Positions 12,664-24,898 of a stretch of DNA of 64,000 nt are shown here, one piece after another. How positions within the stretch are numbered: the first letter of the stretch is position 1; every line of letters starts with the position of its first letter. This stretch comes from an uncultured Acidimicrobiia bacterium (GTDB lineage Bacteria; Actinomycetota; Acidimicrobiia; Spongiisociales; UBA5794), in the NCBI GenBank assembly GCA_963714375.1, contig CAVQOG010000008.1, positions 413,171 to 477,170 of the forward strand, written 5' to 3'. The notes beneath the pieces are model-generated. The model saw nothing but the letters and a program-made list of their open reading frames with translations, was not told where the DNA came from and did not search any database. Made by a program: the position numbers and the translations under genes.

Positions 12664-12942
12664 ATGGCGAGAAGCCTGAAAAAGGGGCCGTTCGTCGACG
12701 AGCACCTCTTGGTGAAGATCGAGAGGGCGAATTCTGGCGGAGACAAGCGTGTCATCCGAACCTGGAGCCGTCGCTCGACAATCATTCCGGAGATGGTCGG
12801 TCACACCATTGCGGTCCACGACGGGCGAAAGCATGTCCCCGTCTACATCTCAGAGTCGATGGTTGGCCACAAGCTCGGAGAGTTCGCACCGACGCGTACG
12901 TTCCGCGGTCACATCACCGACCGGTCAGTGAGCAAGCGATGA
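12664..12942 (+). CDS. rpsS: 30S ribosomal protein S19
   Basis: [23 protein letters not shown]. Confidence 0.98.
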   Translation: MARSLKKGPFVDEHLLVKIERANSGGDKRVIRTWSRRSTIIPEMVGHTIAVHDGRKHVPVYISESMVGHKLGEFAPTRTFRGHITDRSVSKR

Positions 12943-13304
12943 ACGCCCGAGCTCAGGCCAAATACATACGCGAGTCTCCGTACAAGGTAAGGCGTGTCCT
13001 CGACCTGGTCCGAGGCTTGCCGGTGGACGAGGCACAAGCGGTCTTGCAGTTCACCAATCGCAAGGCAGCTACCACGATCAAGAAGGTGCTCGATTCGGCT
13101 GTTGCCAACGCCGAGCACAACTTCGCCCTCGACGCTGATGAACTGTTTGTTGCTGAGGCCTATGCAGACGAGGGTCCGACGCTCAAGCGCTGGCGTCCAC
13201 GAGCTCGCGGCCGAGCGTCCCAGATCCTCAAGCGGACGAGCCACATCACCATTGTTGTCGCAGACGACGCGGCCGTTGTTCACGGCCGAAAGGAGAGTTC
13301 CTGA
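12939..13304 (+). CDS. rplV: 50S ribosomal protein L22
   Basis: [17 protein letters not shown]...TSHITIVV. Confidence 0.97.
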   Translation: MNARAQAKYIRESPYKVRRVLDLVRGLPVDEAQAVLQFTNRKAATTIKKVLDSAVANAEHNFALDADELFVAEAYADEGPTLKRWRPRARGRASQILKRTSHITIVVADDAAVVHGRKESS

Positions 13305-14509
13305 TGGGGCAAAAAAGCCATCCATACGGTCTGCGCCTCGGAATTGCCACTGATTGGACGGCGCGCTGGTACAGCGAGAAGGAATACGCCGCAAATGTGT
13401 TCGAGGACTACAAGATCCGTACGTTCTTGACAACCGAGCTCAAGCGCGGGGCACTGTCCCGCATCGACATCGAGCGCATCGGTGACAAGAAGGTCCAGGT
13501 CGATGTCCACACGGGTCGCCCGGGTGTTGTCATTGGCCGAGGCGGATCTGAGGCAGAGCGCATGCGCGCCGGTCTCGAGAATCTCTCTGGACGCAGAGTG
13601 AAGTTCAACGTCATCGAAGTTCACAACCCCGAGCTCGATGCAACCCTGCTTGCGCGCAGCGTTGCCGACCAGCTTGAAGGTCGTGTCTCGTTCCGTCGTG
13701 CGATGAAGCGAACGGTGTCAACCGCGCTCAAGGCCGGTGCTGAGGGCGTTCGCGTCCAGGCAACGGGCAGGCTGGGCGGTGCAGACATGGGCCGGCGCGA
13801 GTGGTATCTCGAGGGCCGAGTTCCCCTCCATACGCTTCGTGCAGACATTGACTACGGCGAAGCGACGGCGTCAACCACAGTTGGTGCTATCGGCGTGAAA
13901 GTCTGGGTTTACAAGGGCGACGTGATGAAGCGTCACGGTTCTGCAGCTGGTAAGGCTGCAGCCGAAGCCCGTTTGGCAGCCGGTGGCAAGCCTGAGCGCA
14001 GCCGTCGCAAGTCGATCAAGGCTCGTGCCGAGGAAGCAGCAGGAGCAGGCCGTGAAAGCCGGATCATCGAGGCTGGTGGCGGCAAGCGTGTCGTCGAGGC
14101 TGGTGGTGGCAAGCGCAGTTCACGACTGATCGAAGCGGGTGGAGGCAAGAAGGTCACAGCGGCCGAAGCAGAAGCAGAGCTGGAAGAAGCGAGAGAAGCT
14201 GTCAGCTCACAGCTCACAGCTGACAGCCCAGCACCAGAAGCCGCTGACGAAGATGTCGCTGGCGTGGCAACCCCGAGGGACACCGAAGCAGTGACGGAAG
14301 AGGTTGCGTCTCCTGACGGAGACGATGCAGTTGGCGAGCCAACTGCTGCTCCGGATGCTCAAGCTGAAAGCGGCGAGGCGTCTGCTGGCGCAGACGTTGC
14401 AGTTTCTGCCGAAACTGCTACTGCTGCTCCGGATGCTGGAGCTGAAAGCGGAGAGCTGAAAGCTGAAAGCAGCGAACCGGCCGAGCGCAGCGAGGACGGT
14501 GAAGCCTGA
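13304..14509 (+). CDS. rpsC: 30S ribosomal protein S3 with a very long C-terminal extension
   Basis: [36 protein letters not shown], then ~190 extra low-complexity residues (401 aa total). Confidence 0.95.
   Translation: MGQKSHPYGLRLGIATDWTARWYSEKEYAANVFEDYKIRTFLTTELKRGALSRIDIERIGDKKVQVDVHTGRPGVVIGRGGSEAERMRAGLENLSGRRVKFNVIEVHNPELDATLLARSVADQLEGRVSFRRAMKRTVSTALKAGAEGVRVQATGRLGGADMGRREWYLEGRVPLHTLRADIDYGEATASTTVGAIGVKVWVYKGDVMKRHGSAAGKAAAEARLAAGGKPERSRRKSIKARAEEAAGAGRESRIIEAGGGKRVVEAGGGKRSSRLIEAGGGKKVTAAEAEAELEEAREAVSSQLTADSPAPEAADEDVAGVATPRDTEAVTEEVASPDGDDAVGEPTAAPDAQAESGEASAGADVAVSAETATAAPDAGAESGELKAESSEPAERSEDGEA
14198..14232. repeat. 7-bp array inside the rpsC extension
   Basis: gctgtca gctcaca gctcaca gctgaca gcccagc, which encodes [11 protein letters not shown]. 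Confidence 0.8.
14441..14475. repeat. 7-bp array inside the rpsC extension
   Basis: gctgaaa gcggaga gctgaaa gctgaaa gcagcga, which encodes [11 protein letters not shown]. Confidence 0.8.
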
Positions 14510-14922
14510 TGTTGATGCCAAAACGCACCAAGTACCGCAAGGTCATGACCGGTCGTAACAAGGGAACCGCCAAGGGTGGAACTCGGGTCTCGTTCGGTGA
14601 GTATGGACTCCAGGCGCAAGAGCGTGGTTGGATCACCTCGCGCCAGATCGAGGCTGCCCGTATCGCGATGACTCGCAAGATCAAGCGTGGAGGAAAGGTC
14701 TGGATCACCATCTTCCCGGACAAGCCGATCACGGAGAAGCCCGCCGAGACCCGTATGGGTTCGGGAAAGGGAAACCCCGAGTACTGGGTTGCCGTGATCA
14801 AGCCGGGACGTGTCCTGTTCGAGATGTCCGGTGTTGACGAGGAACTGGCGCGCGAAGCCATGCGTCTCGCGGCCCACAAGCTCCCCGTCAAGGCCAAGTT
14901 TGTGAAGCGGGAGGAGCTATGA
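14509..14922 (+). CDS. rplP: 50S ribosomal protein L16
   Basis: [20 protein letters not shown]. Confidence 0.98.
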   Translation: MLMPKRTKYRKVMTGRNKGTAKGGTRVSFGEYGLQAQERGWITSRQIEAARIAMTRKIKRGGKVWITIFPDKPITEKPAETRMGSGKGNPEYWVAVIKPGRVLFEMSGVDEELAREAMRLAAHKLPVKAKFVKREEL

Positions 14923-15137
14923 ATGCCCTCGAGCTTCGCAAACTCAACTACAAGGAGCTCAGCGGCAAGCTGGATGAGTCGAAGGAAGAGCTTTTCAATT
15001 TGCGCTTCCAACTCGTCACGAACCAGCTTGATAACACCGCTCGACTCAAAGAGGTCAAACGCGACGTTGCACGCATCGCCACCGTGATGCGTGAGCAGGA
15101 AATCGCCGCGTGGCAGGCACAGCAGGAGGAGGCGTAG
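14919..15137 (+). CDS. rpmC: 50S ribosomal protein L29
   Basis: ELFNLRFQ...[10 protein letters not shown]. Confidence 0.96.
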   Translation: MNALELRKLNYKELSGKLDESKEELFNLRFQLVTNQLDNTARLKEVKRDVARIATVMREQEIAAWQAQQEEA

Positions 15138-15392
15138 ATGGAACGCGCAAGCCGCAAGGTACGCGTCGGAATCGTCGTTTCCGATGCTCGAGACAAGACC
15201 GTCACGGTCGAGGTGCGACACGCAAAGCGCCATACACGTTATGGCAAGACCATTCCGGTCCGTAAGAGGTATCACGCACACGATGAAGCGAACGATGCCC
15301 ATGTAGGTGACACCGTGCGGATCGAAGAAACCCGTCCACTTTCCAAGTCGAAGCGATGGCGCGTCGCGGCAGTCGTGGAGCGTGCCAGATGA
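15138..15392 (+). CDS. rpsQ: 30S ribosomal protein S17
   Basis: [25 protein letters not shown]. Confidence 0.97.
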   Translation: MERASRKVRVGIVVSDARDKTVTVEVRHAKRHTRYGKTIPVRKRYHAHDEANDAHVGDTVRIEETRPLSKSKRWRVAAVVERAR

Positions 15393-15757
15393 TCCAGCAA
15401 GAAACCCGACTCAAGGTTGCCGACAACTCAGGGGCACGCGAGGTGCTGTGCATCCGTGTGCTCGGCGGATCCGGCAGACGCTATGCCTCCATCGGTGACG
15501 TAATCGTCGCAACTGTCAAGGATGCAACCCCAGGTGGTGGTGTGAAGAAGGGCGAAGTTGTCAAGGCAGTCGTGGTACGCACCGCAAAGGAAAACCGTCG
15601 TCAAGATGGCTCCTACATCCGCTTTGATGAGAACGCGTGTGTCATCATCAACGATCAGCGTCAACCCCGCGGCACCCGCATCTTCGGACCGGTTGCCAGG
15701 GAGCTTCGTGACAAGAAGTTCATGCGGATCGTCTCACTCGCACCGGAGGTGCTGTGA
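15389..15757 (+). CDS. rplN: 50S ribosomal protein L14
   Basis: [25 protein letters not shown]. Confidence 0.98.
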   Translation: MIQQETRLKVADNSGAREVLCIRVLGGSGRRYASIGDVIVATVKDATPGGGVKKGEVVKAVVVRTAKENRRQDGSYIRFDENACVIINDQRQPRGTRIFGPVARELRDKKFMRIVSLAPEVL

Positions 15758-16065
15758 TGAAACTGCGCCACGGAGACACAGTCATGGTCATTTCGGGCAA
15801 GGATGCCGGAACCGAGTCCAAGATCGCGAGGGTCTTCCCTGAGAGCAATCGAATCATCGTTGAAGGTGTTGCAACTGCCAAACGTCACCAGCGGGCGACC
15901 GGCGAACTCAACACCGGAGGCATTATCGACAAGGACATGCCGATCGATGCTTCGAATGTGATGATCGTCTGCCCTGAGTGCGGTCCGACCAAGATTGGTG
16001 CTCGTATCGATGACAGCGGAAACAAGTATCGCGTTTGCCGCAAGTGCGGAGGTGACCTCTCATGA
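15754..16065 (+). CDS. rplX: 50S ribosomal protein L24
   Basis: [19 protein letters not shown], spc operon position. Confidence 0.95.
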   Translation: MMKLRHGDTVMVISGKDAGTESKIARVFPESNRIIVEGVATAKRHQRATGELNTGGIIDKDMPIDASNVMIVCPECGPTKIGARIDDSGNKYRVCRKCGGDLS

Positions 16066-16619
16066 CTCCACGTCTCAAGGACAAGTACAACACCGAGATC
16101 AAGGATCAACTCAAGGTCGATCTCGAACTCGACAACGTCATGCGGGTGCCACGACTTTCCAAGATCGTGGTCAACATGGGAGCAGGTGACGCCGCAGCCG
16201 ATGCCAAGCTCATCGACGGCGTCGTCGAGGATCTTCGGATCATCACTGGCCAGCAGCCACGCGTGAACCGTGCCCGCAAGTCGGTATCGAACTTCAAGCT
16301 TCGTGAGAACCAGGCAATCGGTGCCCACGTCACCCTCCGGGGAGACCGTATGTGGGAGTTCTTCGATAGGCTTGTGGCTCTCGCGATCCCGCGCATCCGT
16401 GACTTCCGCGGGTTGAGCCCAAAGGGCTTTGACGGGAGAGGGAACTACAGCTTCGGTGTGACCGAGCAGCTGATCTTCCCTGAGATTGACTACGACAAGG
16501 TTCAGAAGGTCCGCGGTATGGACATCACATTGGTGACGACCGCGGAGACTGACGCTGAGGGGAAAGCTCTCCTCGATGCGTTCGGGTTTCCATTCCGACG
16601 ACAGCAGGTAGGTGTCTGA
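16062..16619 (+). CDS. rplE: 50S ribosomal protein L5
   Basis: [28 protein letters not shown]. Confidence 0.98.
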   Translation: MTPRLKDKYNTEIKDQLKVDLELDNVMRVPRLSKIVVNMGAGDAAADAKLIDGVVEDLRIITGQQPRVNRARKSVSNFKLRENQAIGAHVTLRGDRMWEFFDRLVALAIPRIRDFRGLSPKGFDGRGNYSFGVTEQLIFPEIDYDKVQKVRGMDITLVTTAETDAEGKALLDAFGFPFRRQQVGV

Positions 16620-16924
16620 TGGCGAAAACTTCAAAGATTGCCAAGAACAACAAGCGCGCAGTGCTCGTCGCACGCTATGCGGACCGACGTGCTGAGCTAC
16701 TCAAGATCATCAAGGACCCTGAGGCGTCCTATGGGGACAAGCGTGAGGCGTACGCCAAGATCGCCAAGATGCCGCGAGATGCGAGCGCTTCGCGATATCG
16801 CAATCGATGCAATGTCTCCGGACGTCCACGCGGGTATTTCCGTAAGTTTGGGTTGTCGCGTATTGCAGTTCGTGAGATGGCTCACCGGGGCGAATTGCCC
16901 GGGATCACAAAGGCTTCGTGGTAG
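16619..16924 (+). CDS. rpsN: 30S ribosomal protein S14, long zinc-independent form
   Basis: 101 aa, [15 protein letters not shown]...[11 protein letters not shown], only one Cys. Confidence 0.95.
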   Translation: MAKTSKIAKNNKRAVLVARYADRRAELLKIIKDPEASYGDKREAYAKIAKMPRDASASRYRNRCNVSGRPRGYFRKFGLSRIAVREMAHRGELPGITKASW

Positions 16925-16926
16925 TC

Positions 16927-17322
16927 ATGTACACAGATCCAATATCTGACATGCTCACGAGGATCCGCAACGCAAATACTGCGCTCCACCCTGAGACCTC
17001 GATGCCCTCATCCAAGCTCAAGGAAGAGATCGCACGAATCCTCTCCGAGGAGGGCTTCATAGACTCATGGAAGACCCAGGACTCCACGGTCGGAGCCGAG
17101 CTTGTGGTGACGCTGCGATACGACGAGCACCGCAAGAGTGTGCTCAAAGGGATTCAGCGAATCTCCAAGCCGGGTCATCGCGTGTACAAAGGCGCCAAGG
17201 ACATTGACCGCATTCGCGGCGGTATCGGTGTCTCGATTCTTTCAACCTCCACCGGTGTCATGACGGACAGAGAGGCTCGTCGGCGCAACGTCGGCGGCGA
17301 GATTCTCTGCAAGGTGTGGTGA
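16927..17322 (+). CDS. rpsH: 30S ribosomal protein S8
   Basis: TDPISDMLTRIRNA, RISKPGHRVY, GGEILCKVW. Confidence 0.98.
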   Translation: MYTDPISDMLTRIRNANTALHPETSMPSSKLKEEIARILSEEGFIDSWKTQDSTVGAELVVTLRYDEHRKSVLKGIQRISKPGHRVYKGAKDIDRIRGGIGVSILSTSTGVMTDREARRRNVGGEILCKVW

Positions 17323-17325
17323 CCC

Positions 17326-17868
17326 ATGAGTCGTATTGGTAACAGCCCAATCAAGCTGCCAAGTGGCGTCGAGGTCAAGGTCAACGGTGACGTCGTCGAG
17401 GTCAAGGGTCCGAAGGGCGCCCTCACCCAGGCGATCACCGATCCGATCACAGTTTCGATCGACGATGGAACGGTTTCGATTGCGCGGGCAAACGATGAGC
17501 GAAACTCGCGGGCCCTTCACGGACTCACACGTGCGCTCATCAACAACATGGTCGTCGGTGTGTCCGAGGGATACTCCAAGGAACTAACCGCCGTGGGCGT
17601 CGGATACAGGGCGGCACTCAACGGCAAGCAGCTTGAGCTGCAAGTTGGTTTTTCGCACCCTGTGTCGATCGATGCACCGGACGGGATCACATTTGACGTT
17701 CCTGAACCGACGAGGATCATTGTTGGCGGGATTGACAAGCAGCTCGTTGGACAGGTGGCAGCGAATATCCGCGCGGTCCGTCCGCCAGAGCCCTACAAGG
17801 GCAAAGGCATCCGCTACGTCGACGAGCGTATTCGACGCAAGGCAGGTAAGGCAGGTGTAACCGGATGA
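17326..17868 (+). CDS. rplF: 50S ribosomal protein L6
   Basis: [22 protein letters not shown]. Confidence 0.98.
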   Translation: MSRIGNSPIKLPSGVEVKVNGDVVEVKGPKGALTQAITDPITVSIDDGTVSIARANDERNSRALHGLTRALINNMVVGVSEGYSKELTAVGVGYRAALNGKQLELQVGFSHPVSIDAPDGITFDVPEPTRIIVGGIDKQLVGQVAANIRAVRPPEPYKGKGIRYVDERIRRKAGKAGVTG

Positions 17869-18218
17869 GGGGTACACGAACAGACGCACGCCGTCGGAGA
17901 CATTTCAGAGTCCGCAAGTCGGTGCACGGCACCCAGGATCGTCCGCGCCTTGCCGTGTTCCGATCGAACAAGCACATCTATGCACAGCTCATTGACGACG
18001 ACAGTGGCCACACGATCACATCGGCATCGTCTGGCGAATCTGCCGTCAAGGCTGAGACGCTCACGGTGAGCGCTGCCGAACAGGTCGGGAAACTCATCGG
18101 CGCTCGTGCAACGGACAACGGAATCACCAAGGTCGTGTTCGATCGCGGTGGCTACAAGTACCACGGCCGGATTCAGGCGCTTGCTGATGGCGCCCGTGAA
18201 GCCGGACTCGAGTTCTAG
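17865..18218 (+). CDS. rplR: 50S ribosomal protein L18
   Basis: [29 protein letters not shown]. Confidence 0.98.
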   Translation: MRGTRTDARRRRHFRVRKSVHGTQDRPRLAVFRSNKHIYAQLIDDDSGHTITSASSGESAVKAETLTVSAAEQVGKLIGARATDNGITKVVFDRGGYKYHGRIQALADGAREAGLEF

Positions 18219-18227
18219 GAGCGATCG

Positions 18228-18893
18228 ATGACGACCAATACGCCAAAGCCGTCAGGCGACCCGAAAGCAGCAGCGCTAGGCGCAGCCGCCGCGGGGAAGT
18301 CCGGCAACCAACAAAACAAGAAGCGCGGACGTCGCGATGGCGGACGCCCGCGCGAACGCGAACAGTCGGAGTTTGAAGAGCGTGTGATCGCGATCAACCG
18401 TGTGGCGAAGGTGGTCAAGGGTGGACGAAGGTTCTCCTTCACCGCATTGGTTGCCGTCGGAAATGGCAAGGGGAGGGTCGGCGTTGGGTATGGCAAAGCC
18501 AAGGAAGTGCCCGCGGCGATCCAGAAGGCTTTTGAGCTTGCGCGAAAAGAGATGTTCGACGTGCCGATGGCAGGGTCGACCATCATCCATGAGATCATCG
18601 GTGTTCAGGGTGCGAGCAGAGTCATGCTGAAGCCTGCAGCACCCGGTACGGGCGTCATCGCGGGTGGAGCCGTTCGCCAGATTCTCGAGGCTGCTGGCAT
18701 CCAGAACATTCTTGCCAAGTCCCTCGGTTCACCAACCCACATCAACGTTGCGGGTGCGACCGTGGATGCGCTCAAGAGTCAGCAGCGTCCTGACAAGGTC
18801 GCCAAGGCCAGAGGCAAGCGTGCGGAAGAGATATTCCCACCAGCCTTGCTCGCCGCCTACAACTCGTCAGAGTTGATGAGAACACAGGTATAG
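18228..18893 (+). CDS. rpsE: 30S ribosomal protein S5
   Basis: [28 protein letters not shown], plus an N-terminal extension. Confidence 0.97.
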   Translation: MTTNTPKPSGDPKAAALGAAAAGKSGNQQNKKRGRRDGGRPREREQSEFEERVIAINRVAKVVKGGRRFSFTALVAVGNGKGRVGVGYGKAKEVPAAIQKAFELARKEMFDVPMAGSTIIHEIIGVQGASRVMLKPAAPGTGVIAGGAVRQILEAAGIQNILAKSLGSPTHINVAGATVDALKSQQRPDKVAKARGKRAEEIFPPALLAAYNSSELMRTQV

Positions 18894-18897
18894 CGCC

Positions 18898-19083
18898 ATG
18901 GCAAAAACACTCAAGATTACGCTGCGTCGCAGCCTCATCGGTGAGAGGCCGAAGGCTCGCGCAACTATCGAGAGCCTCGGGCTCAGAAAGATCAACTCGA
19001 GCGTTGAACGTCCAGACACCGATTCCGTTCGCGGAATGGTGCATGCGGTCAAGCATCTGCTTGAGGTAGAGGAAATCGGATGA
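18898..19083 (+). CDS. rpmD: 50S ribosomal protein L30
   Basis: LKITLRRSLIG...LGLRKI, position between rpsE and rplO. Confidence 0.95.
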   Translation: MAKTLKITLRRSLIGERPKARATIESLGLRKINSSVERPDTDSVRGMVHAVKHLLEVEEIG

Positions 19084-19520
19084 AACTCCATCACCTGAGA
19101 CCCGCCGAGGGTTCCAAGAAACGAAAGATCCGCGTCGGACGCGGTGAGGCTGGTCGTCGAGGCAAGACGGCTGGTCGCGGAACAAAGGGTCTCAAGGCCC
19201 GCAGCAAGGTTCGCCAGGGCTTTGAGGGCGGTCAGACCCCGTTGCAGCGTCGGTTGCCGAAGCTCAAGGGTTTCAAGAATCCAAATCGTGAAGAGTTCAC
19301 CGTGATCAATGTTGGTCGCCTTGGTGAACTCGACGCAGGAACGACCGTGACGCCCGAAACGATGCGCGTGGCCGGACTCGCCAAGAAGCGTGGAAAGATC
19401 AAGGTGCTCGGAGAGGGCGACATCAGTGTCGCGCTCACGATCAAGGCACATGCCTTTTCCGCAGGTGCAGCCGACAAGATCCAGTCCGCTGGTGGCTCAA
19501 TCGAGGTCATTGAATCGTGA
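19080..19520 (+). CDS. rplO: 50S ribosomal protein L15
   Basis: GKTAGRGTKG, GFEGGQTPL. Confidence 0.97.
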   Translation: MKLHHLRPAEGSKKRKIRVGRGEAGRRGKTAGRGTKGLKARSKVRQGFEGGQTPLQRRLPKLKGFKNPNREEFTVINVGRLGELDAGTTVTPETMRVAGLAKKRGKIKVLGEGDISVALTIKAHAFSAGAADKIQSAGGSIEVIES

Positions 19521-19562
19521 CGATCACCACCCCACGGACCCTCTAGAACGACTGGACCTCCC

Positions 19563-20870
<1,308 letters not shown>

Positions 20871-20885
20871 GTGGGAGAGAGATAC

Positions 20886-21443
20886 ATGGGACGCCGCATT
20901 CTGTTTCTTGGTCCTCCGGGCGCCGGCAAGGGCACTCAGGCTGAGCTGCTCGCCAAGGTGCTCGGCGTCCCGCACATCTCGACGGGTCAGATGCTCCGGG
21001 AAGCAATCGCTGAGGGAACCGAACTCGGAAGGCAGGTCGAAAAGGTCGTCGCCTCCGGGGCCCTCGTGTCGGATGATCTTGTACTTGCTCTTGTTGTGGA
21101 GCGTCTCGGGCGCGATGACGCCCAATGCGGATACCTTCTCGACGGCTATCCACGCAATGTTGCCCAAGCAGCGGCTCTTGCAGACGCCATGGGCGATGGC
21201 GCGATTGAGGTAGCGCTCCTCCTTGACGTAGACAACGACGAACTCGTTGCCCGCCTCTTGAAACGTGCCGCAGACCAGGGCCGGGCAGACGATACGGAAG
21301 ATGTCATCCGACATAGGCTCGACGTGTACCTCTCTGAGACCATGCCGCTGATTGATCACTATGGAGATGCTGTCATCAACGTCAATGGTGCAGGCGGGAT
21401 CGAGGAGATCTTCGCCAGAATCGTTCTCGCTCTCGCGAGATAG
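20886..21443 (+). CDS. adk: Adenylate kinase, short form without LID domain
   Basis: GPPGAGKGTQ P-loop, LDGYPR. An alternative GTG start lies at 20871. Confidence 0.95.
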   Translation: MGRRILFLGPPGAGKGTQAELLAKVLGVPHISTGQMLREAIAEGTELGRQVEKVVASGALVSDDLVLALVVERLGRDDAQCGYLLDGYPRNVAQAAALADAMGDGAIEVALLLDVDNDELVARLLKRAADQGRADDTEDVIRHRLDVYLSETMPLIDHYGDAVINVNGAGGIEEIFARIVLALAR

Positions 21444-21448
21444 CGGCC

Positions 21449-22243
21449 ATGAACGGCACTCGCCTCATCACGAAGAAGACGGACGCCGACTTCGAGAAGA
21501 TGCTTGTCGCTGGCAAGTGCGTTGCTGCGATCCATACAGCGACGCGTGAGGCCATCGTGCCGGGTACCACAACTCGCGAACTCGACATGATCGCCAGAGA
21601 GGTGCTCAAGGAATGGAATTGCCAATCTTCATTCCTTGGTTATGGCGGACCATCCAATCCGTTTCCCGGGGTCATCTGCACCTCTCCCAACTCGGTCATC
21701 GTCCACGGCATCCCTGGCGACTACGTTCTGCGCGACGGTGACATCATTGCGATCGATGCCGGTGCGATCTTTGAGGGCTGGCACGGGGATGCCGCGTTCA
21801 CGATGGCTGTCGGCGACGTTCCACATGACGTGGCAAATCTCCTTGATGTGACGGAGAAGGCTCTGTGGGCAGGAATTGAACAGGCCGTTCACAGCAATCG
21901 GCTCGGAGACATCGGAGCTGCAGTCGAAGCAGTTGCCCACCCGCACGGACTCGGGGTTGTCCGCGACTACGTGGGGCATGGCATTGGGAGACAGATGCAC
22001 GAAGCACCGTCGGTTCCCAATTACGGGCGCGCTGGCAAGGGGCTGCGGCTCAAGACAGGCATGGCGTTGGCCATCGAGCCAATGTTCAATCTGGGGACTG
22101 AGTCATCCAATGTTCTCGACGACGAATGGACTGTCGTCACAGCCGATGGCCAGTGGTCTGCACACTTCGAGCACACGGTGCTGCTGACCGAGGCTGGCTC
22201 AATCGTATCGACCCTTCCCGAGCCGCAACTCGTCACGCCTTAA
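21449..22243 (+). CDS. map: Type I methionine aminopeptidase
   Basis: VHGIP, HGDAA, YVGHGIG, AIEPM, AHFEHTV. Confidence 0.96.
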   Translation: MNGTRLITKKTDADFEKMLVAGKCVAAIHTATREAIVPGTTTRELDMIAREVLKEWNCQSSFLGYGGPSNPFPGVICTSPNSVIVHGIPGDYVLRDGDIIAIDAGAIFEGWHGDAAFTMAVGDVPHDVANLLDVTEKALWAGIEQAVHSNRLGDIGAAVEAVAHPHGLGVVRDYVGHGIGRQMHEAPSVPNYGRAGKGLRLKTGMALAIEPMFNLGTESSNVLDDEWTVVTADGQWSAHFEHTVLLTEAGSIVSTLPEPQLVTP

Positions 22244-22331
22244 AGATTTCCTCGGCTGTTGCCGACATCTGTGGCATGTGTGCCAACTCTGTCTAGTGTT
22301 GAGACCTCGAAAAGTAGCGTGTGGAGTGATC

Positions 22332-23063
22332 ATGAAGAAATATGCCATCGTCCTTGCCGTTGTTGGCGTTGTGGCAGCGTCGTGCTCGTCCGATGACGCA
22401 TCGTCAACAACCACAGTGCCTGTCACGCTCACATCGACTTCGTCGACAACCACAGCGCCGACAACGACCACGGTTCCTGAGACAACGACCACGGTCACTG
22501 AGACGACCACGACGTCGCCAACAACAACGACGACCCCACCAGCTGCCGTCAAAGTTGAACTCTCCGACGAAGGGATCCAGGCAGGCGACCAGTGGATCTA
22601 CTTCGGATTCGATGACGACGATGCCGTGACGCACATCTCAGGAGTTCTCGGTGCCCCCTCCAAGGACACGGGCTGGATCGGTCCCTTCGGTGACTACGGG
22701 GTCTGCCTCGGGCCGAAGATGCGAGCGGTCGAGTGGGGTTCGCTCGTCACGCTGTACACCAACGGCGACACAGATTTCTGGTTCGGTGGAGTTGAGCATT
22801 TCTACGGCTACTACTACACGGACGTCACGAACCCACCGGACCTTCGGACCTCCGCGGGCATTGGCATCGGGTCGAGCCTTGGCCAACTCAGGGCGGCCTA
22901 CGATCCAACGAAGATCGTGATCGATGAGGCGTTCTTCGATCCCTCAGTCGGGTACTGGTCCTATGACCAGCAAACCTGGACCGGCATGTGGGGTTACGCA
23001 ACCGGACAGTCCGATGCACACGCCATCACGTCGATCAACGGGGGACAGGGCTGCGGCGAGTAG
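22332..23063 (+). CDS. Putative lipoprotein with Thr-rich linker
   Basis: Signal peptide MKKYAIVLAVVGVVAASC (lipobox), poly-Thr stalk, then a globular domain with two Cys. Confidence 0.75.
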   Translation: MKKYAIVLAVVGVVAASCSSDDASSTTTVPVTLTSTSSTTTAPTTTTVPETTTTVTETTTTSPTTTTTPPAAVKVELSDEGIQAGDQWIYFGFDDDDAVTHISGVLGAPSKDTGWIGPFGDYGVCLGPKMRAVEWGSLVTLYTNGDTDFWFGGVEHFYGYYYTDVTNPPDLRTSAGIGIGSSLGQLRAAYDPTKIVIDEAFFDPSVGYWSYDQQTWTGMWGYATGQSDAHAITSINGGQGCGE

Positions 23064-23128
23064 CAGCCCCATGGAACGTTGGTTCCCGGCGTGAGACAAT
23101 GACGGCACACGCGACCAACAGGTAGGTC

Positions 23129-24103
23129 ATGGCTGTCGACAGTGCCAAGGTTCAGGACTGGGTAGCCGCAGGGATCATCACGGCCGATCAGGCACGTGAG
23201 ATCCTCGCAACCGAAACGCTGCAAGCTTCGCGTCGCTCGCCGTCCATCGCCGAGATCAGGCAAACGAATGCCGTTGAGATCCTCGGATACATCGGAGCAG
23301 CACTCGTTCTCATCGCAGCCGTGATTCTCGTGTCAGATGCCTGGGGTGATATGACACCGGCAGCGCAAATCGCCTTTTCCGGCGCCGGTGGAGGGATACT
23401 GGCCGGTGTTGGATTCGTATCGATTCGTTCCGAGCTGCAGGTCCTCACCAGGATTGGTCACCTTTCGCTCATGCTTGCGCTTGTGCCGATCGGCATCGCC
23501 GTGGGAACGCTGATGGGTGAATTCACCAGTCCCGATTTGGCGACCTTCTTTTCGTTTGTGGTCGTCCTTGGCTTCAGCATCTGGTGGTACCGGCTGACGG
23601 TGAGCGCCCTGCAACACATTGCCCTTTTCGTATCGGCGAATGGCACGGTTGTGAGTGCTGGTGCGGTGTTCCTTCCCGATGGAAACTGGAGTTGGGTGGT
23701 GGGCCTGGCCATCCTCACACTGGGAGGTTCGTGGCTCGCGACATCTGCGTCGAACCGATTCGCACAACGCCGTCTCGGGGAGGGACTTGGGATCGCCTCA
23801 TGGCTGGTAGGAGAGCTGATTGTCTTCTTCTCGATCGAGTCCCAGAGCGAGCTGATCGCCACACTGACGCTTGCCGCGTTCGTTGCCGTCGCCATTGCTA
23901 TGACCGCCTTTGGCGTGACGAGGGATCGAACCTCGCTGATCGTCGGTGGGATGCTCGGTCTCTGGCTCTTCCTGCCTGTGCTGATCTACCAGGTCTTTGG
24001 CGGAGCTGTCGGTGTGCCGTTGGCGTTTCTCGTTGGTGGCACCGTCCTCATCGGCTCAGCAATCATCCTTGCGAAGCGCTCGGAACGCGTTCGATCAACC
24101 TGA
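23129..24103 (+). CDS. Polytopic membrane protein, DUF2157-like
   Basis: N-terminal WVAAGIITADQA motif followed by ~10 hydrophobic segments. Family assigned from recall only. Confidence 0.65.
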   Translation: MAVDSAKVQDWVAAGIITADQAREILATETLQASRRSPSIAEIRQTNAVEILGYIGAALVLIAAVILVSDAWGDMTPAAQIAFSGAGGGILAGVGFVSIRSELQVLTRIGHLSLMLALVPIGIAVGTLMGEFTSPDLATFFSFVVVLGFSIWWYRLTVSALQHIALFVSANGTVVSAGAVFLPDGNWSWVVGLAILTLGGSWLATSASNRFAQRRLGEGLGIASWLVGELIVFFSIESQSELIATLTLAAFVAVAIAMTAFGVTRDRTSLIVGGMLGLWLFLPVLIYQVFGGAVGVPLAFLVGGTVLIGSAIILAKRSERVRST

Positions 24104-24169
24104 ACCGTTCTCCGCGGTATCGTCGTGCGCTGGTAGGGTTCGAGCCGCCATTGTTCCACAGGAGTGACC

Positions 24170-24817
24170 ATGAAGAAGAGCGCAATTGCAGCTGTTGTCC
24201 TACTTGTCGCCGCGGCGTGCAGCTCAAGCAGTACCGATACCACGACGACGATCGCTGGCGGAGCTGGAGCCACCACCACGACTTCTGCTGCGTCCGATAC
24301 GACGGTCACCACCACCACGACGACCGAGGCACCTCCAGACGAGCCAGCGGCAGATGGTCTTGCTGGGTGTGTCCTTGGGACGTGGGAACTCGATAGCCAA
24401 CACTTCTTCGATCAGCTCGCTGATGAACTTGCCGAAGAGGATGAGGGCGCTGAGTTCGAGTACCTCGGCGGTGCGTATCAGATTGCCGCAATGCCAGATG
24501 GAACCTTCACGGCCAACCGCATTGATTGGTCATTCGGCGCCGTTTCTGACTTCGGTGAGATTGAGATAACGATGAATCACCTACAGGAAGGCACGTACAC
24601 CGTTGATGGCGGCACGATGTCGACGAGCATCCCTGCAGGTGGAGAACCCGCCGACCTGGAGATCAAGATCGACGGCGTGCCATTCGACTTTCCCGGCGGA
24701 GTCAACCCCATTGAACCGCCCGATGCCTCGTTCGAATCGGCTGTCCCCGACTGCAGTGATGAAGCACTGACTGTCACTGCTGACGGCTACACCTCAATCT
24801 GGAACCGCGTCGGCTAA
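24170..24817 (+). CDS. Putative lipoprotein with Thr-rich linker
   Basis: MKKSAIAAVVLLVAAAC lipobox, Thr runs, acidic beta-rich domain. Confidence 0.75.
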   Translation: MKKSAIAAVVLLVAAACSSSSTDTTTTIAGGAGATTTTSAASDTTVTTTTTTEAPPDEPAADGLAGCVLGTWELDSQHFFDQLADELAEEDEGAEFEYLGGAYQIAAMPDGTFTANRIDWSFGAVSDFGEIEITMNHLQEGTYTVDGGTMSTSIPAGGEPADLEIKIDGVPFDFPGGVNPIEPPDASFESAVPDCSDEALTVTADGYTSIWNRVG

Positions 24818-24820
24818 TCG

Positions 24821-24875
24821 CGCGTACCCAGGGTATGAACCGACCGCGACGGTGGGTCACAGCCCACAGAACGCC
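24821..24875. repeat. 55-bp REP-like dispersed element, copy 1
   Basis: Its reverse complement matches 45618-45672. It contains GTGGG...CCCAC and TACC...GGTA palindromes. Confidence 0.85.
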
Positions 24876-24898
24876 GGATCGGTCGCCCCGGTGCGAAC

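Noticed and set aside
22390-24330. ACC/ACG/ACA runs in the lipoprotein genes as members of the repeat family
   Set aside because: They have period 3 and encode ordinary Thr-rich stalks, with no 7-nt register.
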